Below the pieces are notes generated by a model. It saw nothing but the letters and a program-made list of their open reading frames with translations. It was not told the DNA's origin and did no database searches. The translations under genes were made by a program, and so were the position numbers. From Mycolicibacterium smegmatis (GTDB taxonomy: Bacteria; Actinomycetota; Actinomycetes; Mycobacteriales; Mycobacteriaceae), in the NCBI RefSeq assembly GCF_001457595.1, contig NZ_LN831039.1:630001-662000 (forward strand): DNA of 32,000 nt, given 5' to 3'. This document shows positions 1 through 9,810 of this stretch, piece after piece; position 1 is the stretch's first letter, and the number at the start of each line of letters is the position of its first letter.

Positions 1-244
1 GAACGGCATGGGTCTCTCCAGGGAGGCGATGAGGGTGCGGGCGGCGACAGTGCCGGGAGCCGGATGATCGGCTGGGTCAATTACAGGCCCCGGCCATTGC
101 CGTGTGGTTAGGGATGGACTACTTCTGAATTGCCGAAATCTCACAGCGGCAATGTGCTCGTAATAAGTGCAGCATGCGCCTTGACCTCAACCTCACTTGA
201 GGTGCCAGGCTGGCTCTCATGACATGTGGACTCCAGTGGCCAGA

Positions 245-280
245 GGCGGTAAACCGCCGCGAACCCGGGGGTAAACCCCC
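245..280. promoter_or_regulatory. Tandem operator-like palindromes GGCGGTAAACCGCC (245-258) and GGGGGTAAACCCCC (267-280)
   Basis: Two perfect 6-bp-arm palindromes with the same AA centre and shared GGTAAACC core, centres 22 bp apart, upstream of an ECF sigma gene. Confidence 0.5.
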
Positions 281-324
281 TGGGGACCTGGATCGGCACG
301 CAGTAACTTTCGTGGTGTTCCTGG

Positions 325-978
325 ATGAAAGAGTTCACACCGCATCGACAATGGCAGGAGCGGGTCATGGCAGTGACCGCTGAGGCACAAGTGACCGACC
401 ACGGCAGCAGCGCCGAGAGGTTCGAACGCGACGCACTGCCGCTGCTGGACCAGCTCTACGGCGTCGCGCGCCGGTACACGCGCAATCAGGCCGACGCCGA
501 GGACCTGGTGCAGGAGACGATGGTCAAGGCGTACGGCAGTTTTCACACGTATCGCGACGGCACCAACATCAGGGCATGGCTGTTCAAGATCCTCACGAAC
601 ACGTGGATCAACGCCTACCACACCGCCCAGCGACGACCAGATGTCGTGGTCACCGACACGATCAGTGACGCGCAACTGGCCGCGGTCGCGACGCGGTCGG
701 AGACCGAACTGGCCTCGGCCGAGTTGGCGGCGCTGGAGTCCATGGGGGATTCAGAGGTGCGCGACGCGGTCGCGGCGCTGCCGGAACATCAGCGGATGGC
801 CGTGTACTACGCCGACGTGGTCGGCATGCGGTACCAGGAGATCGCCGATGTGCTGGGTGTCCCCGTGGGAACCGTCATGTCCCGGTTGCACCGTGGGCGC
901 AGGCGTCTGCGCGAACACCTCATCGGGTTCGCTTACCAGAGTGGCTATCTCGCCCGCCCGGCGGGCAGCGCAGCCTGA
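325..978 (+). CDS. ECF-family RNA polymerase sigma factor (possible alternative start at 367)
   Basis: 217-aa ORF with sigma-70 region 2 ([40 protein letters not shown]) and region 4 ([45 protein letters not shown]). Confidence 0.93.
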   Translation: MKEFTPHRQWQERVMAVTAEAQVTDHGSSAERFERDALPLLDQLYGVARRYTRNQADAEDLVQETMVKAYGSFHTYRDGTNIRAWLFKILTNTWINAYHTAQRRPDVVVTDTISDAQLAAVATRSETELASAELAALESMGDSEVRDAVAALPEHQRMAVYYADVVGMRYQEIADVLGVPVGTVMSRLHRGRRRLREHLIGFAYQSGYLARPAGSAA

Positions 979-1547
979 TGGTCGGCGAGTAGAACGCGCA
1001 ACCTGGCACGTCCGCGTGCCAGCCGTGACATGACCGTGCCGATGGGAGTGTCCATCAGCGTGGCGATTTCGCGGTAGGGGTAGCCCTCGACGTCGGCGTA
1101 GTAGACCACCATCCGGTTGGCCTGGGGGATCGCGCGCAGCGCTTCCAGGACCGCGTCGTCGGGAAGGTGTGCGAGAGCTTCGTTCTCGGCTGAACGTGCA
1201 CCGTCTGCCCCGTGGCGCAGACCGGCCGAGAGTTGTGCGTCGGTGAAATCCTCACACAACTGCTCGACCGGATTGCGCTGCTGGGCACGGAAATTGGATA
1301 TCCACGTGTTACGCATGATGCGGAAGAGCCATGCCTGCATGTTGGTCCCGCCCTCGAAGGTGTGAAAACCGTTGTACGCCTTGAGGAGTGTTTCCTGCAC
1401 CAGATCCTCGGCGTCGTAGCGGTTGGTCGTCAGGCGGCGTGCGCCGCGCTCGATCGCCTCGACGAACGGCAGTGCTGTCGCGATGAACTCGGTGGCGTCG
1501 CGTGCCGACGCGGCCGAGGAGTGGACGTTGTCGATGCGCACGGGCAC
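945..1547 (-). CDS. ECF-family RNA polymerase sigma factor, paralogous to the preceding one
   Basis: 200-aa ORF with [43 protein letters not shown] and [45 protein letters not shown]. Confidence 0.93.
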   Translation of the reverse strand: MPVRIDNVHSSAASARDATEFIATALPFVEAIERGARRLTTNRYDAEDLVQETLLKAYNGFHTFEGGTNMQAWLFRIMRNTWISNFRAQQRNPVEQLCEDFTDAQLSAGLRHGADGARSAENEALAHLPDDAVLEALRAIPQANRMVVYYADVEGYPYREIATLMDTPIGTVMSRLARGRARLRVLLADHQAALPAGRAR

Positions 1548-1782
1548 CTCCCAGATGTATAGACAGACTATGTATAGAAAAATAGTCGATTGCTCGGCGG
1601 CGCGTCCAATCGCCCGAAATCGCCGACGGCCGAGTTAATTTCAGCATGTACGCAGGGACCTCACAGGAAATATCCCTGCGCTGCACCTGGTTGTGTGCGT
1701 GTGTAAAGTTGCTCCACGCTGTACATAGGTAAACGAACTAATTCGCCAGGTGTGACTGGGTGCCGGGGTCGGGAGGTCTTGG

Positions 1783-2223
1783 GTGAACACTGGCTTGCTC
1801 TCACGTGTGCTGAAGCAGGCGTGGATCCCGCTGGTTCTGGCGGTGGTCCTTCCTGTCTCGGGACTTGTGGTGTGGCGGCTGCACGAGAAATTCGGCTCGG
1901 AGGATCTGAATGCCAACGCCGGGGCCGGGATCGAGATTGTGCAGTTCAACCCCAAGATCCTGGTCTACGAGGTGTACGGGCCACCCGGCAGCACGGCCCA
2001 GATCAGCTACTTCGACACCGACGCCAACGTCCATTCGGTGAACACGACACTGCCCTGGTCGGTCACGTTGTCCACGACGCTGCCCACTGTCAGCGCGAAC
2101 CTGATGGCCCTGGGCAGCAATGACGAGATCGGTTGCCGCGTCACTGTCAACGGGATCGTCCGGGAAGAAAAGTCGGCCAACGGGATCGACGCGCAAACCT
2201 ACTGCTTGGTGAAATCTGCATGA
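1783..2223 (+). CDS. MmpS family membrane/transport accessory protein
   Basis: 146 aa; N-terminal TM segment, then YEVYGPPGSTAQISYFDTDANVHSVNTTLPWSVTLSTTLPTVSANLMALGSNDEIGCRVTVNG, typical of MmpS. Directly upstream of mmpL. Confidence 0.9.
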   Translation: MNTGLLSRVLKQAWIPLVLAVVLPVSGLVVWRLHEKFGSEDLNANAGAGIEIVQFNPKILVYEVYGPPGSTAQISYFDTDANVHSVNTTLPWSVTLSTTLPTVSANLMALGSNDEIGCRVTVNGIVREEKSANGIDAQTYCLVKSA

Positions 2224-5111
2224 TTCAAGGCCTGCACAACCGCAGCGATTCCAGACCGCTTCTTCCCCATGCCCTGAGGGTCCTGGCAATCCCGGTGATC
2301 CTGTTCTGGGTGGCGTTCGCCGCCGTGGTGAACATCATCGCGCCGCAGCTGGAGATCGTCGGCGAGGAGCATTCGGCACCGATGGCGCCCGAGGATGCGC
2401 CGTCGCTGACCGGTATGCACCGGATGGGCGGCAACTTCCAGGAGTTCGACTCCAACAGCACCGTGATGGTCGTCATCGAGGGTCAGGAACCGCTCGGCCC
2501 CGACGCGCACGCGTACTACGACGAGATCATCCGCAAACTCCGGCAGGATCCGGAACACATTCAGCACATCCAGGACTTCTGGGGCGACACCCTGACGGCG
2601 GCCGGCGCCCAGAGCGCGGACGGCAAAGCCGCATACGTGATGCTGAACCTCGCAGGCGAGCAGGGGCAGACGCTGGCCAACGACGGCGTGCAAGAAGTGC
2701 GGCAGGTGATCGCCGACACCCCGGCGCCGCCGGGCGTGCAGGCCTACGCCGCGGGGCCCGCAGCCCTCACCGACGACCTGCACGTGATCGGCAACGCCAG
2801 CCTCGGCAAGATCACGCTGTTCACGCTCGTCGCGATAGCGGTCATGTTGCTCATCGTCTACCGATCGATCGTCACGACGCTGATCCAGCTCGTGCTCACC
2901 GGTGTGGGCCTGCTGGCCTCGCGTGGCCTGATCTCGGTGCTCGCGACGCACGACGTGTTCGGGTTGACCACGTTCGCCGGGAACATCCTCACGATGCTCG
3001 CGATCGCGGCGGCCACCGATTACGGCATCTTCCTGTTCGGCCGGTACCGCGAGGCCCGCGGCGCGGGCGAGGACCCCGAGACCGCCTATTACACGACGTT
3101 CAAATCGGTGTCGCCGGTGATCGTGGGGTCGGGTCTGACGATCGCGGGGGCGACGTACTGCCTGAGTTTCGCGCGGCTGCCCTACTTCAGCACCATGGGC
3201 GCCCCGGTCGCGATCGGCATGATCGTGGTCGTCGCCAGTTCGGTGACCATGGGCCCGGCGGTGCTGTTCCTCGGCAGCAAGGTCGGCCTGTACGAGGCGA
3301 AACGCGCTGCCAAAGGCCGCTTCTGGCGACGTGTCGGCACGGCCGTCGTGCGCTGGCCCGCCCCGATTCTCGTGGCGAGCGCGTTCATCGTGCTCATCGG
3401 GGTCGTCGCCGTGCCGGGCTACCGGCCCGCCTACAACGACCGCTGGTACCTGCCCGACGATGCCCCGGTCAACATCGGGTTCGCCGCGGCGGACCGGCAT
3501 TTCACGCAGGCGCGCATGAACCCCGACATCCTCATGGTCGAGGCCGACCACGACATGCGGAACCCGGCCGACATGCTGGTGCTCGACCGCGTGGCCAAGA
3601 ACGTGCTGCGCACGCAGGGCATCGCGATGGTCCAGAGCATCACGCGTCCACTCGGAATCCCCATCCAGCACAGCTCGATTCCGTTCCAGACCGCGATCCA
3701 GGGACAGACCAGCAACCTGAACCTGCCGTTCCAGCGTGCGCAGTTGGACAACCAGCTCAAGATGGTCGAGGCGACGAACCAATCGATCGCCATCATGGAG
3801 AAGCAGTACGAACTGTCGCTGCGGCAGACCAAGCTCACGCAGGACTCGGCGGAGAAGTCGCGCGAACTGCTCGAGGTCACCAAGCAACTGCGCGACAACA
3901 TCGCCAACTTCGACGACCAGTTCCGGCCGTTGCGCAATTACTTCTACTGGGAGCCACACTGTTTCGACATCCCGATGTGCGCGGCCGCGCGATCGTTGTT
4001 CGACTCCCTCGACACCGTCGACGAGTTGACCGACCGAACGTCGGCAGTGCAGGTCAACACCGATGAATTGGCGGACCTCGCACCGCAGTTGACCGCTCTG
4101 CTGCCGCAGACCATCGCGTCGATGAAGACCAGCCGCGATCTGTCGCTCGCGTCGTACAACTCGCAGAAGGCCCTGCTGGACCAGATGCAGGCCATGAACG
4201 ACACCGCGCTGGCGATGGGGCAGAGCTTCGACGAGGCGAAGAACGACGACTTCTTCTACCTGCCGCCCGAGGCGTTCCAGAACCCGGATTTCGAACGCGG
4301 GCTCAAGATGTTCCTGTCACCGGACGGCAAGTCTGCACGCATGTTCATCACCCACCAGAGCGATCCGGCGACACCGGAGGGCATCGCCCGTGTGAACGCC
4401 GAACGCACTGCCGCGCAAGAAGGTCTGAAGATGTCGTCGCTGTCGGACGCCAAGATCTTCCTGGGCGGTACCGCGGCGACCTACAAGGACATGAGCGACG
4501 GTGCGCGCTACGACCTGATGATCGCGGTCGTGTCGGCGCTGACGCTGATCTTCATGATCATGCTCATCCTGACCCGCAGTGCGGTGGCCGCGCTGGTCAT
4601 CGTGGGCACCGCGGCAAGCTCGATCGCGGCGTCGTTCGGCATTTCGGTACTGCTGTGGCAGGACCTGTTCGGCGTGGAGGTGCACTGGCTGGTCATGTTG
4701 ATGTCGGTCATCATCCTGCTGGCCGTCGGTTCGGACTACAACCTGCTGCTCGTCTCGCGCTTCAAGGACGAGATCCACGCGGGGCTGAAAACCGGGATCA
4801 TCCGGTCGATGGCCGGCACGGGCGGGGTGGTCACCTCGGCGGGTCTGGTGTTCGCCGCGACCATGGCCGCGATGCTGGGCAGTGAACTGGTGGTGCTCGC
4901 GCAGATGGGGTCGACCATCGCGATCGGTCTGTTGCTCGACACGTTGATCGTGCGGTCACTGCTCATGCCGTCGATCGCGACGCTGCTCGGTCGCTGGTTC
5001 TGGTGGCCGCAGGTGGTCTACCCCCGCGGGGACAACCATTTCCGGCGACCCACCGCCGTCAGCCGCGGCACAGGCGATGAGGACACCGCAGCGCTGCCCG
5101 TGCCGAGCTGA
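2220..5111 (+). CDS. MmpL family RND transporter
   Basis: ATG at 2220 overlaps the mmpS stop (ATGA). Multiple TM segments; ATDYGIFLFGRYREAR and GSDYNLLLVSRFKDE motifs typical of MmpL/MMPL domains. Confidence 0.93.
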   Translation: MIQGLHNRSDSRPLLPHALRVLAIPVILFWVAFAAVVNIIAPQLEIVGEEHSAPMAPEDAPSLTGMHRMGGNFQEFDSNSTVMVVIEGQEPLGPDAHAYYDEIIRKLRQDPEHIQHIQDFWGDTLTAAGAQSADGKAAYVMLNLAGEQGQTLANDGVQEVRQVIADTPAPPGVQAYAAGPAALTDDLHVIGNASLGKITLFTLVAIAVMLLIVYRSIVTTLIQLVLTGVGLLASRGLISVLATHDVFGLTTFAGNILTMLAIAAATDYGIFLFGRYREARGAGEDPETAYYTTFKSVSPVIVGSGLTIAGATYCLSFARLPYFSTMGAPVAIGMIVVVASSVTMGPAVLFLGSKVGLYEAKRAAKGRFWRRVGTAVVRWPAPILVASAFIVLIGVVAVPGYRPAYNDRWYLPDDAPVNIGFAAADRHFTQARMNPDILMVEADHDMRNPADMLVLDRVAKNVLRTQGIAMVQSITRPLGIPIQHSSIPFQTAIQGQTSNLNLPFQRAQLDNQLKMVEATNQSIAIMEKQYELSLRQTKLTQDSAEKSRELLEVTKQLRDNIANFDDQFRPLRNYFYWEPHCFDIPMCAAARSLFDSLDTVDELTDRTSAVQVNTDELADLAPQLTALLPQTIASMKTSRDLSLASYNSQKALLDQMQAMNDTALAMGQSFDEAKNDDFFYLPPEAFQNPDFERGLKMFLSPDGKSARMFITHQSDPATPEGIARVNAERTAAQEGLKMSSLSDAKIFLGGTAATYKDMSDGARYDLMIAVVSALTLIFMIMLILTRSAVAALVIVGTAASSIAASFGISVLLWQDLFGVEVHWLVMLMSVIILLAVGSDYNLLLVSRFKDEIHAGLKTGIIRSMAGTGGVVTSAGLVFAATMAAMLGSELVVLAQMGSTIAIGLLLDTLIVRSLLMPSIATLLGRWFWWPQVVYPRGDNHFRRPTAVSRGTGDEDTAALPVPS

Positions 5112-5152
5112 CCCGGATTCCCCCTTCTCCACACCGTGTGCCATGACAGGGT

Positions 5153-6376
5153 GTGGAGATGGCCTACCTCGGTGAACTGCGGACCCATTGGCAGGCACTG
5201 ACCGCAGCCACCGCCGGCCTGAGCGCCGGGCTCGCGCTGAGCGCCTACACCAACGCGGCGATGGGACCACAGTTCCTCGCCGCGTTCGGATGGGAGCGTT
5301 CGGACTTCGCGCTCACCGGCGTCATCACGCTGCTGACCTTCGTGTTCCTGCCTGTCTACGGGCGGCTCACCGACCTGTTCGGGGTGCGCCGGATCGCGGT
5401 GGTCGGCGTCGCCGGCCTGCCGGTGTGCTGGCTCGGCTATGCGCTGATGTCCGGGCCCATCTGGCAGTACTTCGCCATCAACGTCGCGGTGATCGCCCTC
5501 GGTGTCACCACCACGCCCGCCATCTACAGCCGTGTCGTCGCGACCCGGTTCGATCGGGCCCGTGGCCTCGCGCTGGCCATCGCGATCTCCGGCCCGCCGC
5601 TGCTCGGCGCGGTCAGCGCGCCCGTCGTCGCTGCGGTGAACCGCATCTTCGGCTGGCGCGCGGGATGCGTCGCCATCGCGGTGATGATCGCGGTGATCGG
5701 CGTGGTCGCGCTGCTCCTCATGCCCGCCGACCAAGCCAGACCGCCACGCGAGCGACGGACCGGTGACTACCGGATGATCGCGGGGACACCGGTGTTCTGG
5801 ATCCTGCTCGCGGGTGTCCTGCTGTGCAATCTGTACCACTCGGTGACCACCAGCCAACTCGGCGTGATGCTCGACGACAGCGGTGCAGGCGACCGGATCG
5901 CGCTGCTCGTCACGGTTTTCGCCACGTCGGTGATCGTCGGCCGGTTCGTCTGCGGGGTGGCACTCGACCGGCTGCCGCCGCAGGCCGTCGCCGCGGTGGC
6001 GATGGCGCTTCCGGGTCTGGGGTGCCTGCTGGTGGCGTCATCCTGGGACGGGTTCGGCGTGCTCGTGATCGCGGTGTGCTGCCTCGGCGCCGCGTGGGGC
6101 GCTGAGGGCGACGTCATCGCCTACCTGGTCGCCCGCAGGTTCAGCCTCTCCGTCTACAGCACGGTGCTGGGCATCCTCTCGGCCCTCATCGGGGTGTCCT
6201 CGGCCCTGGGCGCGCTCATCCTGAGCCGCATGCTGGCCGAAAGCGACAGCTTCAACGGTTTTCTGCTGGTCGCAGGCAGTGCGGCAGTGATCGGCGGGAC
6301 GCTGTTCCTGCTCGTGCGGCCGCAACGGAAAGCCTCCGGCGCGGCTTTACAAAAACCTGCCAAGATGTCACGGTAG
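5153..6376 (+). CDS. MFS transporter (start uncertain: GTG 5153 or ATG 5159)
   Basis: 407 aa, many hydrophobic segments, YGRLTDLFGVRRI between early TM segments as in MFS loop 2-3. Confidence 0.85.
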   Translation: MEMAYLGELRTHWQALTAATAGLSAGLALSAYTNAAMGPQFLAAFGWERSDFALTGVITLLTFVFLPVYGRLTDLFGVRRIAVVGVAGLPVCWLGYALMSGPIWQYFAINVAVIALGVTTTPAIYSRVVATRFDRARGLALAIAISGPPLLGAVSAPVVAAVNRIFGWRAGCVAIAVMIAVIGVVALLLMPADQARPPRERRTGDYRMIAGTPVFWILLAGVLLCNLYHSVTTSQLGVMLDDSGAGDRIALLVTVFATSVIVGRFVCGVALDRLPPQAVAAVAMALPGLGCLLVASSWDGFGVLVIAVCCLGAAWGAEGDVIAYLVARRFSLSVYSTVLGILSALIGVSSALGALILSRMLAESDSFNGFLLVAGSAAVIGGTLFLLVRPQRKASGAALQKPAKMSR

Positions 6377-6379
6377 GGC

Positions 6380-7516
6380 ATGGACTTCTCACGGGTCGAG
6401 CTGTCGGACGAGGACACCCGGTTCCGCGACGAGTTGCGGGCGTTCCTCGCCGAGATCGTCACCGACGAGGTGATCCGGCGCGACCGCGAGACGGGCGAGA
6501 ACTTCGACGAATCGGTGCATCTGGCCCTCGGTGGCGCAGGCTATCTGGCCGCGGACTACCGCTGCGCCGACGACGGCGGATTCAGCGCGGTGCGGCGACG
6601 CATCTGGGAACTGGAGATCGGCCGCGCCCACACCCCGTGGTTCCACTGGGGCACAACGGCCATGGCCGCGCACACCGTCGAGAAGTTCGGCACACCCGAA
6701 CTCGTCGAGGAGGTGCTGCCCGGTGTGCTGTCCGGACGTGTGCGGATCTGCCTGGGATACACCGAACCCGAGGGCGGATCCGACGTCGCGACATGCAAGA
6801 CCCGCGCCGTTCGCGACGGCGACGCTTGGATCATCAACGGCTCCAAGATGTTCACGTCCAATGCCCACAACGCCCAGTACGTCTTCCTGGTCACCAACAC
6901 CGATCCCGAGGCGCCCAAGCACAACAGCCTCACCATGTTCCTGGTGCCGCTCGGCACCCCCGGCGTCGAGATCCAGGGCATCCGTACGGTCGACGGTGAC
7001 CGCACCAACATCACCTATTACAGCGACGTCCGGGTGAGCGACCGCTACCGCGTCGGTGACGTCAACGGCGGATGGGGCGTGCTGCGCGGGGCCCTGGACG
7101 TCGAGCACGGCACGTTCGAGCGCGACACGCACGGCCTGCAGAAGATCGCCACGATGACCGAGCACATCACGCTGATGGCCGAGGCGCTCGACCTCGTTGC
7201 CGCCCAGGCACCCGGCGACGGGGCGTCCCGGTTCCGGCTGGGGCGTGGCATCGCCTGCACGGAGGCCGCGATGAGTACACCGGACATGTACGGACGCGTC
7301 GCCATCGCGCAGACCATGCGTGACGTGACACCGGACCTCATGGACATCCTCGGTCCGGCGGGTGCGCTGACCGACGGTGTGGAGTACATCTTCCGGCTGG
7401 CCGGGCCCACCGGCATCTACGGCGGCACCCTTGAGGTGTTCCGCAACATGATCGCCCAGCACGGTCTGGGCCTGGGGAAACCGAACTACGCACAACCGGT
7501 CAAGAAGGTGTCGTGA
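6380..7516 (+). CDS. acyl-CoA dehydrogenase family protein
   Basis: 378 aa; ICLGYTEPEGGSDVATCKTRAVRDGDAWIINGSKMFTSNA and C-terminal GPTGIYGGTLEVFRNMIAQHGLGL. Confidence 0.93.
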   Translation: MDFSRVELSDEDTRFRDELRAFLAEIVTDEVIRRDRETGENFDESVHLALGGAGYLAADYRCADDGGFSAVRRRIWELEIGRAHTPWFHWGTTAMAAHTVEKFGTPELVEEVLPGVLSGRVRICLGYTEPEGGSDVATCKTRAVRDGDAWIINGSKMFTSNAHNAQYVFLVTNTDPEAPKHNSLTMFLVPLGTPGVEIQGIRTVDGDRTNITYYSDVRVSDRYRVGDVNGGWGVLRGALDVEHGTFERDTHGLQKIATMTEHITLMAEALDLVAAQAPGDGASRFRLGRGIACTEAAMSTPDMYGRVAIAQTMRDVTPDLMDILGPAGALTDGVEYIFRLAGPTGIYGGTLEVFRNMIAQHGLGLGKPNYAQPVKKVS

Positions 7517-7538
7517 CACGCTCGGTAACCTGGCCTGG

Positions 7539-8333
7539 GTGAGTGTCTTCGACAAGGCGATCGACCTGCAACCCGCCGGCGACGGCCACTTCCAGGGCAG
7601 CACCGTGCCCGAGTGGGCGAACATGGTGGGCCCGTTCGGCGGGATCACCGCGGCCGCGTTGATCCGCGCGATCCAACTGCATCCGCAGTGTCACGGCCAG
7701 CCGATCGCGCTGACCGTCAACTACGTCGCCCCGATCGCCGACGGCGACTTCGACGTCGACACCAAACTGGTCCGCACCAACCGGTCCAACCAGCACTGGA
7801 TCGTCGAACAGAGTCAGGGTGGCGAGGTGAAGACCACCGCGACAGCGGTTTTCGGGCTGCGCCGCGACACCTGGTCGGATGCCGAGGCCACGCCGCCGTC
7901 CGCACCGGAACCTGACGGGCTGGAGCAGGCGGCGTCGCCGCTGACGTGGTTCGCCAACTACGACATCCGGTACGTCGACGGCGCGGTGCCCGCGGCCGAG
8001 GGGCCCGGGTCGGACTCGTCGACCACCACGCTGTGGGTGCGCAACAACCCTGCGCGGCCACTCGATTTCGCGGCGCTCACCGCGGTCGGTGACATCTTCT
8101 TCCCGCGGGTGTTCCTGCGCCGCGGGCAGTTCCTGCCGGCGGGCACCGTGACGCTCACGATCTACTATCACGCGAATGCCGCGCAGATCGACTCCGCCGG
8201 TGACGATTTCGTTCTCGGCACCGCGCGTGCGCACCAGTTCACACGGGGCTATTTCGACCAGACCGCACACCTGTGGAGCCGCGACGGCGTGCCGCTCGCG
8301 ACGTCACATCAGTACGTGTACTTCAAGGGCTGA
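7539..8333 (+). CDS. acyl-CoA thioesterase-like (thioesterase/hotdog superfamily) protein
   Basis: 264 aa; AEWANMVGPFGGITAAALIRAIQLHPQCHGQPIALTVNYVAPIADGDFDVDTKLVRTNRSNQHW resembles TesB-like/hotdog proteins. Located next to an acyl-CoA dehydrogenase. Confidence 0.7.
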   Translation: MSVFDKAIDLQPAGDGHFQGSTVPEWANMVGPFGGITAAALIRAIQLHPQCHGQPIALTVNYVAPIADGDFDVDTKLVRTNRSNQHWIVEQSQGGEVKTTATAVFGLRRDTWSDAEATPPSAPEPDGLEQAASPLTWFANYDIRYVDGAVPAAEGPGSDSSTTTLWVRNNPARPLDFAALTAVGDIFFPRVFLRRGQFLPAGTVTLTIYYHANAAQIDSAGDDFVLGTARAHQFTRGYFDQTAHLWSRDGVPLATSHQYVYFKG

Positions 8334-9810
8334 CCGGCCGGTTCTCGGGCGGCAACGACTGCAGCGCGATCCACGCACTGACCCGCGTCTGCGGGTCGTC
8401 GAGCCGCCCGGGCAGCAGCGCCTCGATCGCGTCGAGGCGGTTGCGGACGGTGTTGCGGTGCAGGCCTAGTTCCTCGGCCACCTTGAGCCGCGAACCGTGA
8501 TGGCGCAGGAAGCACCGCAGCGTCTCCAACTGCTCGGAATCCAGCCCGGACAACCAGGATTCGGCGAATGCCGCGGCCCGCTGCGGATCGATGAGCCCCA
8601 GCGGCCCGTCGTTGACGACGTGGTCCCACACCACGAGCGCTGCGGTGGGCGTGGTCTGGGCCAGCGCGAGGCCTGCCGTACGGTAGCCCGACGCGCCGTC
8701 GTCCGACGGCACCGCGGCGCCGACGCCCACCTGCAGTCCCGCGTCCACCATCGACTCGCCGGCGGCCTCGGCCCGCTCGGGAACCGCGACGGCGCAGAGT
8801 TCGTCGGCGTAGGTGCCTGCGAGGATGCCGCGCCGCTCGAGGGCGGTGACGGCGTCGGTGATCTCGGAATCACCGCCGGTGGCCCGCAAGAATCTGATCC
8901 GCTCCGGGATGACGAGTGCGGGCGCATCCACCTCGAGGATCAACTGCGCTGTGCGGGAATCGTTTCCCGCGAGCAACTCGATCGCGCGACTGTGCAGGTG
9001 CTGACGTGTCGTTGAGCGACTGCGGCGCTGTTCGTCGACCAGGCCCAGAACGGCGACCGAGGTGGTCAGGGCGTCGCGTTCGGCATCCGAGAGCCGCACC
9101 GGACCCATCGTCGCGAGATACGCCGCGGGCCTGCCGCGTAATCCGATGGGCTGCACCGACAACGACAATGCCGGACGGGACTGCGTGGCAGCCGATCGTC
9201 CGGCCTGTGTCTGCAGGCGCCGGACGTCGGCGGCTGCGTCGTCGAACGGGAACTCGCCGCGCCGCGGACCGACCGGGCCGGTCAGCGCTCGCCCGTCGGG
9301 GGACATCAGGCACGCCGCCCCGTCGAGTGCCTGGGCCAGGGCCGTGACCACGGCTGTTGCGGGATCGCGTTTCGTCGCCGCGGAGATCAACTTCCTCTGG
9401 GTCTGCAGCGCGGCCTGTGTGGCGGCCGATTCCTGCTCGGAGAGCAGGCGCGCCACCTCCCGGCTGATCGCGACGAACGTCGTGCGCCGCGGCACCTCGA
9501 AGAGGTTGACGTCGTGTTCGCGGCACGCGGCGATCAGCGCGGTGGGGGTGCGTTCGTGTGTCAACCCGATGCCGAAACCCACGGCCGCGACCGCGGCGCC
9601 GGCCAGCCGCCGCACGTAGTCGTCCCATTCCCGACCCCAGGTGCGCGTCTCGATGCCGGTGGTGAGCAGGATCTCGCCACCTTCGAGAAACGGCGTCGGA
9701 TCGGGCAGTTCGCTCGTGGCGACCCAACGGATGTCGGCGTCGGCCCGGCCCACGAGCACACCGCGCAACCCGAGCGCTCGCACACCCAGGACCTCGGAGA
9801 CGCTGACCAT
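8323..9810 (-). CDS. PucR family transcriptional regulator
   Basis: N-terminal PucR-like domain (MVSVSEVLGVRALGLRGVLVG...TTGIETR) and C-terminal HTH_30 (LRCFLRHHGSRLKVAEELGLHRNTVRNRLDAIEALL). Confidence 0.9.
   Translation of the reverse strand: MVSVSEVLGVRALGLRGVLVGRADADIRWVATSELPDPTPFLEGGEILLTTGIETRTWGREWDDYVRRLAGAAVAAVGFGIGLTHERTPTALIAACREHDVNLFEVPRRTTFVAISREVARLLSEQESAATQAALQTQRKLISAATKRDPATAVVTALAQALDGAACLMSPDGRALTGPVGPRRGEFPFDDAAADVRRLQTQAGRSAATQSRPALSLSVQPIGLRGRPAAYLATMGPVRLSDAERDALTTSVAVLGLVDEQRRSRSTTRQHLHSRAIELLAGNDSRTAQLILEVDAPALVIPERIRFLRATGGDSEITDAVTALERRGILAGTYADELCAVAVPERAEAAGESMVDAGLQVGVGAAVPSDDGASGYRTAGLALAQTTPTAALVVWDHVVNDGPLGLIDPQRAAAFAESWLSGLDSEQLETLRCFLRHHGSRLKVAEELGLHRNTVRNRLDAIEALLPGRLDDPQTRVSAWIALQSLPPENRPVSP

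Noticed and set aside
141-368. 75-aa plus ORF and 217-675 minus ORF near the left edge
   Set aside because: No recognisable domain, no clear ribosome-binding site, and overlap with the ECF sigma gene.
2199-3959. 586-aa minus-strand ORF opposite mmpL (also 20240-22003 opposite rhaB and 9893-11212 opposite gabT)
   Set aside because: Same GC-rich shadow pattern with no recognisable domain and repeated HRDRRD-like composition; overlaps well supported genes.
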